Source of the DNA: Lingula anatina | Lineage: Eukaryota > Animalia > Brachiopoda | Length of the DNA stretch: 64,000 nucleotides | Direction of reading: 5' to 3' | NCBI GenBank assembly: GCA_051362555.1 | Contig: CM120646.1 | Span: 19,034,001 to 19,098,000 of the forward strand | In this document: piece after piece, positions 1-10,100 of the stretch | Numbering within the stretch: position 1 is the first letter of the stretch | How the letters are laid out: each line of letters starts with the position of its first letter | Notes under the pieces: generated by a model | What the model was told of the DNA's origin: nothing | Seen by the model: only the letters and a program-made list of their open reading frames with translations | Database searches by the model: none | Program-made: the position numbers and the translations under genes

Positions 1-249
1 GTCTGAATGTCATTTTTTCAAAAATTTGTGGATCGAAATGGACATGCGTTTTACTTTATTTCCAATACGATATCTGATGTTTTATACTGAATACGGATCC
101 ATATATATATAAAATACGTTAGTATTTTGTTACTTTGGACCTTTATTATGTTGATATTATGTTTACCAAGGCAGTTGTAGTTCTTCGGTGATCCTTGATT
201 TGATTCACAGTTATATTTCAACAATGGGAAATCATATTTAGCTCTTCAG

Positions 250-622
250 TGATTTCGTGATGGGAAACGGTTTTAAAGAACTGGTTCCAGACCAGTGACT
301 GAGCCAAAATAACCAGAAACACCACTGCAGATGAAAATTTGAACATAAAAAGGGTTCTGGATTCATCGATAGATGTGGCTGATACAGCGCACGGGTCTTA
401 TCTGTCATCCAAACTGTAGATATAAATTCAGATGTTATGCATTCGCCTACTTAGCAAAGGAGTGTTCTCTGAATTTTGTAGCATACGGGAGTGGAGGATT
501 CAACCCAGTACCGTTGCCAAATGGCCAGTCGAAATTGAACTGGTGTGCCCACGAAAGTATTGTACATTATTTTGCAGACTATTTTACGCAACGAGGTGTG
601 TGTGTGTGTGTGTTTGTTTGTT

Positions 623-662
<40 letters not shown>

Positions 663-1960
663 TCTGTGTTTGCTTTTTTATAACGGATATCGCATGGGTC
701 ATGTGAAGCTAAACTATCTAACTGGCCAGCAGAGAAAGTCGAGAAATAACATGTAGTCCTATGGGAAATCATGAGTCGGAATTTCGCCAAAATGTCATGG
801 TACAGCCAACGACATCTCATTTTTAAATAATAAAAATTATATCAGAGAATCCTACATGCATAGGCCTATACTTTCACAAATCTGCTCAATGATTTTATAT
901 CAGGTAAAAGTACGCAATTTTCTCCACTGCTCCGCTTCAGTACATATGCAGGAACTCGGGCATCGCCGTCTGTGTCCGAAACTGGTCAATCTAAGCTGCA
1001 GGTGACGGACCCGCAACCCTCTTATACAGGTGCAACATTAAAATAATATTTGGCTTAATACTGAAGTTCCACGGCCAAGAGAAACAATTTACTCATTATT
1101 TCTATGCATTATGGCCAGTTAAAACAGTGCTGATTTTTAATGATTATTCTATGTCCGTGTGAAGTGCCTTATTACAGATATATAAATTTATGTTAAATGT
1201 TAAATAGTGCAAAAGCAGCTAATGTGATTCTTGTGTATATACAAATCTGAAATGAGTGTTGTGTACAATGTTCCAAGCACATGATAACGCCTACAGTTTT
1301 AATAACACCCCATCAAAAGTTTTGGTTTGTGCACCGTAAGTCGTTGATTATTACCAAAGACAGGCTTTTCTCTACCCCCGGTAATGCTTTCCTTATGTCG
1401 AAAATTGAAAAAAAAAAACACGCCCATGCCTGTTTGGTTGTATCATTGTCTACTGTGAATGTTGTCCTTTTTAGTCCTATTCTTAATTTAACATGTTTTT
1501 TGCTGTATATAATTATGTATTGATTTTGTACTCACGTTACAATTGTACGGAAGGAGTAAAAAGTAAGAGTTCCTTTTTGCGCTACGTTTAAATGATATCA
1601 TGCTATGTTTTAAAATCAGTGATATAAGTGAAACATTTGCAGTGGTTGAATAAACCATTTCTAGTAATTGTTGTCGATGTTGTCACTTACATGTGGAAAA
1701 AATACATGACAAATTCAAATCCCATCCAATTGTTATTTATTTTCCTTCAGAAACCGATAACTGATGTGCTACTGGTAATACCACACCTAATCATATTGCA
1801 CATTCACATGAAGCCGTCCACCTAACTAAACGCCGTGCGAGTGGCTTGCAGTGTGGTTTTGGCACCGACAACCTGGCGAAAATTTCAGGTTCACGTACGA
1901 TACTGCTGTTGTGTGGCAAAAACCATCAGTCCATACATGAAAAAAATGCACGTTATTAAA
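250..1960 (+). pseudogene. Possible degraded PAN/apple + F-type-lectin-like gene fragment
   Basis: CHPNCRYKFRCYAFAYLAKECSL (ORF 373+) fits the PAN Cys/F/Y spacing. After the acceptor ttccttcag at 1750, pieces in three frames (HIAHSH / PCEWLAVWF / FQVHVRYCCCVAK) resemble an F-type lectin domain, with a stop and frameshifts. Confidence 0.3.
596..660. repeat. (TG)n microsatellite
   Basis: Directly visible interrupted TG run. Confidence 0.95.
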
Positions 1961-2048
1961 ATTTAAACAGAAAAATATAAATATAGGTGCAAGTCAGTCA
2001 CTATAAATACACTTTTACATAGTATGCTCTAACTGATATCGCCAAACC

Positions 2049-2054
2049 TTTATT
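2049..2054 (-). terminator. Poly(A) signal AATAAA, likely for the FkbM methyltransferase gene
   Basis: tttatt on + strand, about 225 nt downstream of the stop at 2280. Confidence 0.5.
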
Positions 2055-2279
2055 ATTTTATGTGCACATTGTTACCAATGTTTGTTTTTTTTTTAATATA
2101 AACAACCTCCACATTTAGCGGTAGGACTGGGTTACAAATATGTACTCGAAAATGTTAACTCTTACAACCCCAGATTATGGCGAAGGAAGAAAAGTTATTG
2201 CTAATGCAGAAGTCACAGTGGTTGAAAGGAATGTGCCACTTTTCCTACCCAGTGCATTGTGGTTGCAAGGATAAAACGA

Positions 2280-3323
2280 TTACTCGTGGTAGAGCAATGT
2301 GCGCTCCCAAATATCTATATTGGCCAAATAAGTATCCTTTATTAAAAAAACGTCTTCAATGCGCTTCCACCTTCGCTCTGAACCCATGGGTCCTAGGGGA
2401 TAAACTTTCAACTGTTTCTTTATCAGTGCCATCAAGTATGGCTTGTATCCCATACGTGTGAACCAAGCTTCAAAATATCGCACCTCCGGACTCGACACTT
2501 TTGATTTGAAAAACCGCCATTCTAGTGTTATCACGGGGACATTGACTACTTCGAGAAACTTGTCGGATTTATTCAGAGCTTTAAGCTCTGATCCCTCTAT
2601 ATCCATTTTCATGAAAGCCTTGGTAAACGAGGCAGGTATGATACGGGCTAGATCGTCCATGGTGGCTGTGCGCTTTATGAGCTTCCTTTGCTCATCTTTT
2701 ACCGATGATTCTCTACTATCCTTGATTCTGGTTCCACCGATGTTTTTACCATCCATTTCAAACACGACATCTTGGTAGACATTTGATAGAGGGGATGTCA
2801 CTAAGGTCACTCTGGGTTCAAAGTGTCCTAATTGCAGAGTCCGACGAAGACGGTGGGCCGTGGGCGGGAATGGTTCCACGGCAATCACGCGCCTACCAAG
2901 ACCGAGAGCAACTACTGTCCACAGTCCCAAATTCGCTCCGAGGTCTACGAAATCGAGCTCGGGGTCTGCATTAAGAATCAAGCGAAATATACTGACTAAG
3001 TCACTCTGCCAAACCTTACCTCTAATTAAATTAGCAGAAATTATCTGATCGTCGTCAGCTTCATATACGCAGATAGGCGTGCTGATAAAGCCCTTGCCTT
3101 TATATGTAACGCATTTGAAATTATCTGTGCTGGGTGCTGCTAAATTTAACACATTCGGGATTGTGGGAGATCTGTTCTCAACAAGCCGGCGCTCCGTCTT
3201 TTGATTTTTCTTTGATTCCTTCCGGTTGTACATGTATCTATATTTGACAAACATGATGATTGGCATCATCGATAGAAACAAAACAATGGCCATTAGCTTT
3301 TTCTTGTACATTCTGGTGTTCAT
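2280..3323 (-). CDS. FkbM-family (Methyltransf_21) SAM-dependent methyltransferase, type II membrane protein, 347 aa, single coding exon
   Basis: Motifs FVDLGANLG, VIAVEP, NIGG, TMDDL, MKMDIEGSE and ITLEW are typical of FkbM/class I MTases. A basic N-terminus (YKKK) precedes the hydrophobic anchor LMAIVLFLSMMPIIMFV. The ORF-track start at 3329 is TTG; the first ATG is at 3323. Confidence 0.9.
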   Translation of the reverse strand: MNTRMYKKKLMAIVLFLSMMPIIMFVKYRYMYNRKESKKNQKTERRLVENRSPTIPNVLNLAAPSTDNFKCVTYKGKGFISTPICVYEADDDQIISANLIRGKVWQSDLVSIFRLILNADPELDFVDLGANLGLWTVVALGLGRRVIAVEPFPPTAHRLRRTLQLGHFEPRVTLVTSPLSNVYQDVVFEMDGKNIGGTRIKDSRESSVKDEQRKLIKRTATMDDLARIIPASFTKAFMKMDIEGSELKALNKSDKFLEVVNVPVITLEWRFFKSKVSSPEVRYFEAWFTRMGYKPYLMALIKKQLKVYPLGPMGSERRWKRIEDVFLIKDTYLANIDIWERTLLYHE

Positions 3324-4381
3324 AGTCAAATGCTTCTCTCTCCCCAGATATTTTTGTTCGTTCTTCTCTTTGTATCAAATTAACCAGTCAGGATTGCAAA
3401 ATATACTGACCCACATTTACTTGTGTGGTATATTAAAATCATGGTTTATTGATTAAATGATGTTATGTCATATTTTATTTAATGGTCTTTTGCAATAGAC
3501 TTGCCATTCAAAATGGAATATTTTGATTTAAAAGGTATGCCTAGGGTAAATAGTATTGTTTTTTAATGTTAAACGATTTAAAACCATTTAGTTGACTACC
3601 TTGTCTGTAGTCCAGAATTACGTTATATGCTATGACTTCATTGAATGGGGTGGTACTCTTTGGGCTGGTCCTGGCATGGCTATGATAGAGCATAGTTTCT
3701 GTTAAAAAGTCTCCATATTTCGGTATCGCCTGCACAGATGATTTTGAAACTTTACACACAAGTACCCAGTTTAACGGTGCGTGAATTGAGCGAAACAGTA
3801 TGTCACAGTATTGTTGCTATGCGCCAGGATGGTGTAAAACAGACAGACACATACAAAGCTAGACAGATTATTGTCTCACAAGAGATGATAGGCAGATGGC
3901 GCTGCAGCCTTACAGAGGTATATAACTGATATTGATACACCTAAGCAGAGAACATGCCCAGGTATCCACAGTTTACCACCAGAAACGGTTTGCTGCTACA
4001 ATTAAAGAAATGCAATCCGTTTCCTTCGAAATGAAGCACAGATTGCTACCAGGAAAAGTTTTTCAAGGATCTTTGCGGACGCTAGACCGGTTTTGGCAGG
4101 TTAATATACCAGACGTCTTAGCTCCCAGAGTACCTTTAGCTTAAAACCTCCACTTCATACACCATAGTGTGATTAAAAAATAAAAAAAAAACTTCCACTA
4201 TAGTCTATATAGTACTATGGTTTACCATATGTAAAATAAGTTGGAACACTCTACTCTCTGATATCAGGGGCTTCTAAAAGAAAATGAAAATTTTAAGTAT
4301 GACTTTGTAACTGACTACTAGCGCACCCTGGTGTTACAAAGTAATAACAGTCAACGCAATGATTAATATAACAGCAGTAAC

Positions 4382-4387
4382 TTTATT
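4382..4387 (-). terminator. Poly(A) signal AATAAA, likely end of the Kirre-like 3'UTR (~2.6 kb)
   Basis: Minus strand reads tgtatgtacaaagtattacAATAAAg, with upstream TGTA elements. Confidence 0.5.
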
Positions 4388-6958
4388 GTAATACTTTGTA
4401 CATACATTGCACATATATTCTGCTTTACAATTCTGTCATAGCTGGTTGCTATATAGGTTCTAGATACAAACGTGGTTTACAGACGACCTTTTTCATGAAT
4501 TAATGAGGACTATTGCTATAATTAAAAACAGTACATACACATGCATAACTCAAAATTGCAACAAAATGATTTAAATGACGGATAACAGCAGTAATTTAAG
4601 CAATCATAACAAACGCTATTGGGGTAATCATACTGTATTAAGTTGAGACAGACAGTCCAGATTTTATTAGATCCATGTTTCAAAACGATATCTAGACCAC
4701 TGTATTTTCTGTGTCTAAAGACAGGGCCAACTCCAGATGAAAGAAAAAAGTTTCAGTATCCAGGACCATTTGAACTTGTCAAAACTGTTAGTTTCCTGCT
4801 CCAAATAAGCAAGTGAAGGCGGAAATAAATAGTTGACTGAGATGAAACGCTTCGTGCTACGTGGTTGATACTATCAACTGGAATTCAGAACGACATATGT
4901 TTAGGGCAGCTGATCTTTTTTTGGACGGAATACAATACACCAATTAACACAAGGCACCAAAAACAGCCACAGTGATGATTATTTTGTGGAATTAAAATAG
5001 GAGAAAAATATTATTAACCTTACTTGGAAAAGCTAAGTATCTTTACCACAGAATGAGAATTTGTTGAAGACTTTTTCGAGATCCTTTAATCTTATGATAG
5101 AAATGAACTGATTCATATTCAGGAAGAAACATATTTCTAAGGAAAACAATGACTGCAGAAATGTAATATTTTGCCATAACCTGCTCACCAAACACAACTG
5201 AGCTATTATCCAACACATTTTGAGTTCCCAACTAACGCAGTGGAACTTCACCTAACACAATGTCATGGATACTTCTGGTATAATATATATACATCAAAAT
5301 AATACAAAGAAACAAAATTTAAAGTTAGAAAAAAAAATACATAAAAATACATCACAAAATGTGCACCACTACGTAGTGAATGTGTGGCATGTCAGTGTGC
5401 CCCTATGACTTTGTACAGCTACATGCACTTATGAAATTCAAAGCTGATGATTTTATAAATACTACCAAGATGGAATTAAGAAGAAATAATGACAGTAATG
5501 CAAATAACAGAATTTATCCTTCAGCTGATTTGTTGCTCCTACATTAATGAGACAGACACCAGACTAGTAATCTGTAAACTTTTATCCTGTAAGGCACTTC
5601 ATGTTCAATCTACAACGTAACTACTGACACATAAATTTTAGAGCTCAACTTCAGACAATTTACTTTTACACAAAGTAATAAGCAGACTATAATTCTTGCA
5701 CTTTTTTTCTTTCCCAAAAAAGAAATTGCCCAAATCTATCTATACAAGGTGCTGTGTTTTCAACCTACTATTACAATGCAGTTTATGTGTTATTTACAGC
5801 TTGGTCTGAGATCTACAATGCGACTCTGTGTCATGCAGCACTCCTTTATGATGTACAATTTTATATAATATATTTGGCACATGGAACTTCCATTTTCGTA
5901 CATATCATAGAAACATAAGATTATAAACTGAGCTCATACAACCATATCAGTATATTGGATTGTATCTTTAAAAAAACTTTCAACATCTTGTGGATGTATT
6001 CTGCCAGTTGAGTCTTTGGAATATTATATCCCTTTCATTCAGAGTCCATCAGAAAAAAATATCAAAGCAGCAGTTTTCAAGATAACTGCTGTAAACATAA
6101 CCCACAATGCCAGAGCATCACTTCATTTTGTGGAGTCATTTTATTTCAACCACAAACTGTGTCTTCATAAGACCCATGAATCAACAACCTTCAAATGCTT
6201 TTCCTCACTGTACGACAGTGTTCTTTTCTTTGTCTTTTCTTAATTCTTTCATCAGGGTTTGTTGATATCACTCCACTGGTTTCTGAACTAGATCAGAGTT
6301 CCTCCAAACACACACATGCTTACCTCAAACAGTGACCACACTTTTTTCCCTTTGTCTTGAACATAACTGGCTTCTGTAAATAGGCCACCTGACCTGATTT
6401 TGTTTCAAGACAGGCATGATCTGATTTCTCTGAAGCATCTAATCGTTTAGTTAACTGGTCAGCATGACCTAATTCAGTATTTAGGTCAGAACGACCTTGT
6501 TTTGACTTTGAGCATTTTGTCATGGTTTGGCTCCATCCCCATGGCAATTACCACTATCAGCTCTCTTGCTGAGACTAGTTCTCTACTTCTATATCTAATG
6601 GACTGGTCCTGCAGTATTCAAATAAGCAACATTTTGATTGTTAGTATTGCTTTCTGATTGGTGTCCACTGGAAATGTAAACATTACAAACAGCTGTAACT
6701 TAGGTTCCACTTTCATGCTTTTTTAGTCCTAGTATGTTATATAAAAGACAGAAACATGGCAACCACTCCACAATCAACAAAGCCTGTTATAAACAATCCT
6801 TTGCGGCTCCTTTTGTTGATAAAGGCCCATTTTAATATATATTGCCAATGTGTACAGTTTCTTCTTTCCTTATGAACGTGCTGTCTGAACACCAGTTCTT
6901 GGCTAAAATAGCAATACACAACTATGATATGTCCCCTGAATCCTCCTCCCTGCCTGTG

Positions 6959-7106
6959 TTATACATTGGTTGATAGCCTTGATATGGTCCCCTCGGGGTA
7001 AAGTTCCTCTGGGTAATTCCGAGGATCCATGGAGTGAGGGGGTGGTGGTCTGCCATAGGCAGGGTTTCGGGGGTGGTAATCTGGCTCAAACCCAGAGTCA
7101 TATGAC
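6959..7106 (-). CDS. kirre: Kirre-like last coding exon (RSYDSGFEPDY...GTISRLSTNV*)
   Basis: ttttctag acceptor, phase 2, TAA at 6959-6961; class I PDZ ligand like the Neph/Kirre THV ending. Confidence 0.9.
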
Positions 7107-10100
7107 CTAGAAAATAAATATCCATTTGTTGAAAATTGTACCTATATCATATGAACATGCCCGACAAATAAACATATTTACACGTTATATATATGCACAT
7201 TGTGGTGCAATGTGCATATGTCGGTAGAACCAATAACAAGGCATTAAATTAACATAATTCTGTAGTATTTCTTTACTTTTTGGTTATTCTGTAATTTGTT
7301 AAGCCATCAATCTTCATTATATTATTAATTTTCCCACACAACTTTAGTTATAAATGGATAAAATAAATCAGTTTCATCTAATGGTACTTGGTATAGTGTA
7401 GTCAGTTTAGATAGAATATTAAACTAAGGAAAGATGTAGGTGCTGTTGAAGGCCAAATTCATTCTTATAAACCTCCCTAGGTTGTATAGTCTAAAAACAC
7501 TCCAAACATGTAATCATGTATGGACTTAAATTTCTCTATACACACACATACAGTAATTTCTTCCCTTAGAAGAAACAGCCTTCCACAAGAAAAAGAGCAG
7601 TGTACGATAATGAAACTAATAATGCGCATCTATGATAACTTAAAAAGCTGTACCCCAACCTATCGTAGGGGTGTCCTGCCCCCTTGTCCACATCATCCAG
7701 GTATTTGTATGCTTCAGGATAGGTAGGAGGGAAACCATAGCCATTGGGATACGGCCTGCCATTGGGCTGAAATAATACAGTCATAATATAATTTTTCATC
7801 ATAAAACAGGCATATTTCTAAAATTGAACTACAACTGATTTATCTAAGGAAAAAAAAAAAAACTCTAAGTTTTATAGTTCTAACGAGTAATCAAACAAAG
7901 ATAACAGTCTTCTTTGACTTTACAGCTTCAAGGCTAGAATTCTTTTCAACAGACCCTGATGCCAAATCTCCTAGTCAGTGAAAATTTTAGGCACTATATG
8001 GTTAACACTGCTGATGGCCACTGTGAAGTAATCAAACTTTTACATGTCTTACCTTATAGTTCACATTGAGCTCGTCATACTCTGCTGAATATCTGCTGTA
8101 GTGGTCTTTGTTGTAGTCATTGCGCCAGGGTTCCAGGGGACCGTTGTAGTCTGGGTTCTTGTACTCCACTTTAATTTCTGGCTTCTTTGTGGCTGAGTCA
8201 GCAGAATCAGTATCAGATGTTGACGCTGTGGAGAGAAAGGCAAATGAAGTCTACAACCTTTTTTAACTTTATGTTGTATCTAAATAGGAAATGGTCCTCT
8301 CTTGCAATCTGACAAAAGAATATAGAGATATTTTTGCATACTTTGTTTAGATTTAGATATCTTTAATTTGGTGATCAATGACATCGTCCTACAAGGACTT
8401 TCTTTTATGCTACTAAATATTTATCAACAGTTTCTAAGACTAAATATGGTGCTTATAAATGGAAGCTGGTACCCAGAGACACTTATATGAGTATGGGGGA
8501 AATCTAGATAAGAACTCCAGAAGCAAAGAATTAAAAGAACTTGCCAAAGAAATTAATATTCCTTATAATCCCTTCCACCTGATTCCAAACAAATGCCCAC
8601 ATGGATCAATAAACATTTTTTGTAAAACACAATGACAGAACAATAACACAATGCTTATACCCGAGAGCACCATATCATTTTGATTCCATCAACACAGCAA
8701 GTGCCATTCACAAATAAGGGCACAGTATGCTATATTTCCCCAAATATCTTCTTGTTATTTTACATTCTATCTATGCAAGACAAGAACATTAAACAGGCTA
8801 CAAACAAAGTAACACACAAGCACAGGAACATTATCTTTGGAACTAATACAAACAAAAGGCCAATCAATGCTCTCAGTTTTATCATGTGTTAGTTTTATAT
8901 GCTGTCAACTGTATCCTGCACAGAAATTTACACATGAACTTGTCCATTTCGTGAACTCTGTCATCACAGTGATTTTATTTCTCTTTCAGGAATCCACTTC
9001 AACAAATGTTGTTCACAAGATTAAAAAGCACAACACCAATACAAAATTTCAAAGGCAAAATAAACATCCACCAGGGATAAAATAATTATAAGCAATGGAT
9101 TGGATACAAAGAGTATGCCTAGTTTCTATGCAAATCAAATGTATTAACAAGGCAGCAAAGCTGTCAAATGTACAGACAAAAAACAGGAAATAACTATGCA
9201 CAAAATAGGCTACTGTCAATTCTGATGCAAAAGTACATTATGTTAAACTGCAAATTCAACATCAAATTTTAATTATGCTCAAGCAGCACCCAAAATTGTG
9301 TTTTCTTCTATTCTGATGCAATATTACATAATGGTTAACAGCATAATGACCGTCAATTTTTAATAATAAAATATACATGGATTTTCAGAAAATGTGACTA
9401 GCATGGGTCTTCAAGCCCGTGGAACTTCAAAGTTACACCTTGAAAATGCCAATATGTGAAAAATTAAATTTTCACAAAAAAACTGTTTAACTGGCAGTAA
9501 GAATTACCAAACAGACTGCATTGCCTACTGAAGCTGTATTTTAGTCCCATGTTTCTTTCCTGTAAGTTTGAGAACAGTAAGTGACATGGTTTTTCTTAAA
9601 TGGTCATCATGGGGGCAGTGCCCAAAATAGTTTTTTTTTTTTCAAATTTTGATGCAATATTACATAATGTTTAACAGCATAATGATGAGTATTATGGATA
9701 TTCAGAAAATGTTACTAGCAAAGGTCTTCAGGCCCATGGAACTTCAAAGTCACAACTTGAAAATGCCAAAATGTAAACAAGACAGCACTGTTCTGAATTT
9801 TTTTTTTCCATTTTTAACAATTTTTAACATAAAACAAAATTAACAGTTTACTGCCGTTTTTATATGATCAACTAAAAAAATTGATGAGATGGGAAAAATA
9901 TCAATAGAGCAGTGTTAAATGTCCAATTTCTTCCATTCTGAGATTCTGAACATAGTGAATGTCAATGATTGAATCTGACAAACTGCAATGATATGAGTTT
10001 ATTTCCATTTTTTGAAACTTTATTACACAATACAAGATAACAAGTTTACCATCATTTTTACATATGTTGTAAAGATGCAGGAAATGCCAAACAAACACTT

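Noticed and set aside
432-820. Overlapping ORFs rich in CV/HT dipeptides
   Set aside because: Artefacts of the (TG)n microsatellite.
2443-3048. Plus-strand ORFs overlapping the methyltransferase
   Set aside because: Antisense shadows of the real CDS with no motifs.
8470-9000. Several AG...GT/GC exon-like pieces in the intron before exon 8225
   Set aside because: Phases do not join to the phase-1 flanks, or they contain stops; donors are weak.
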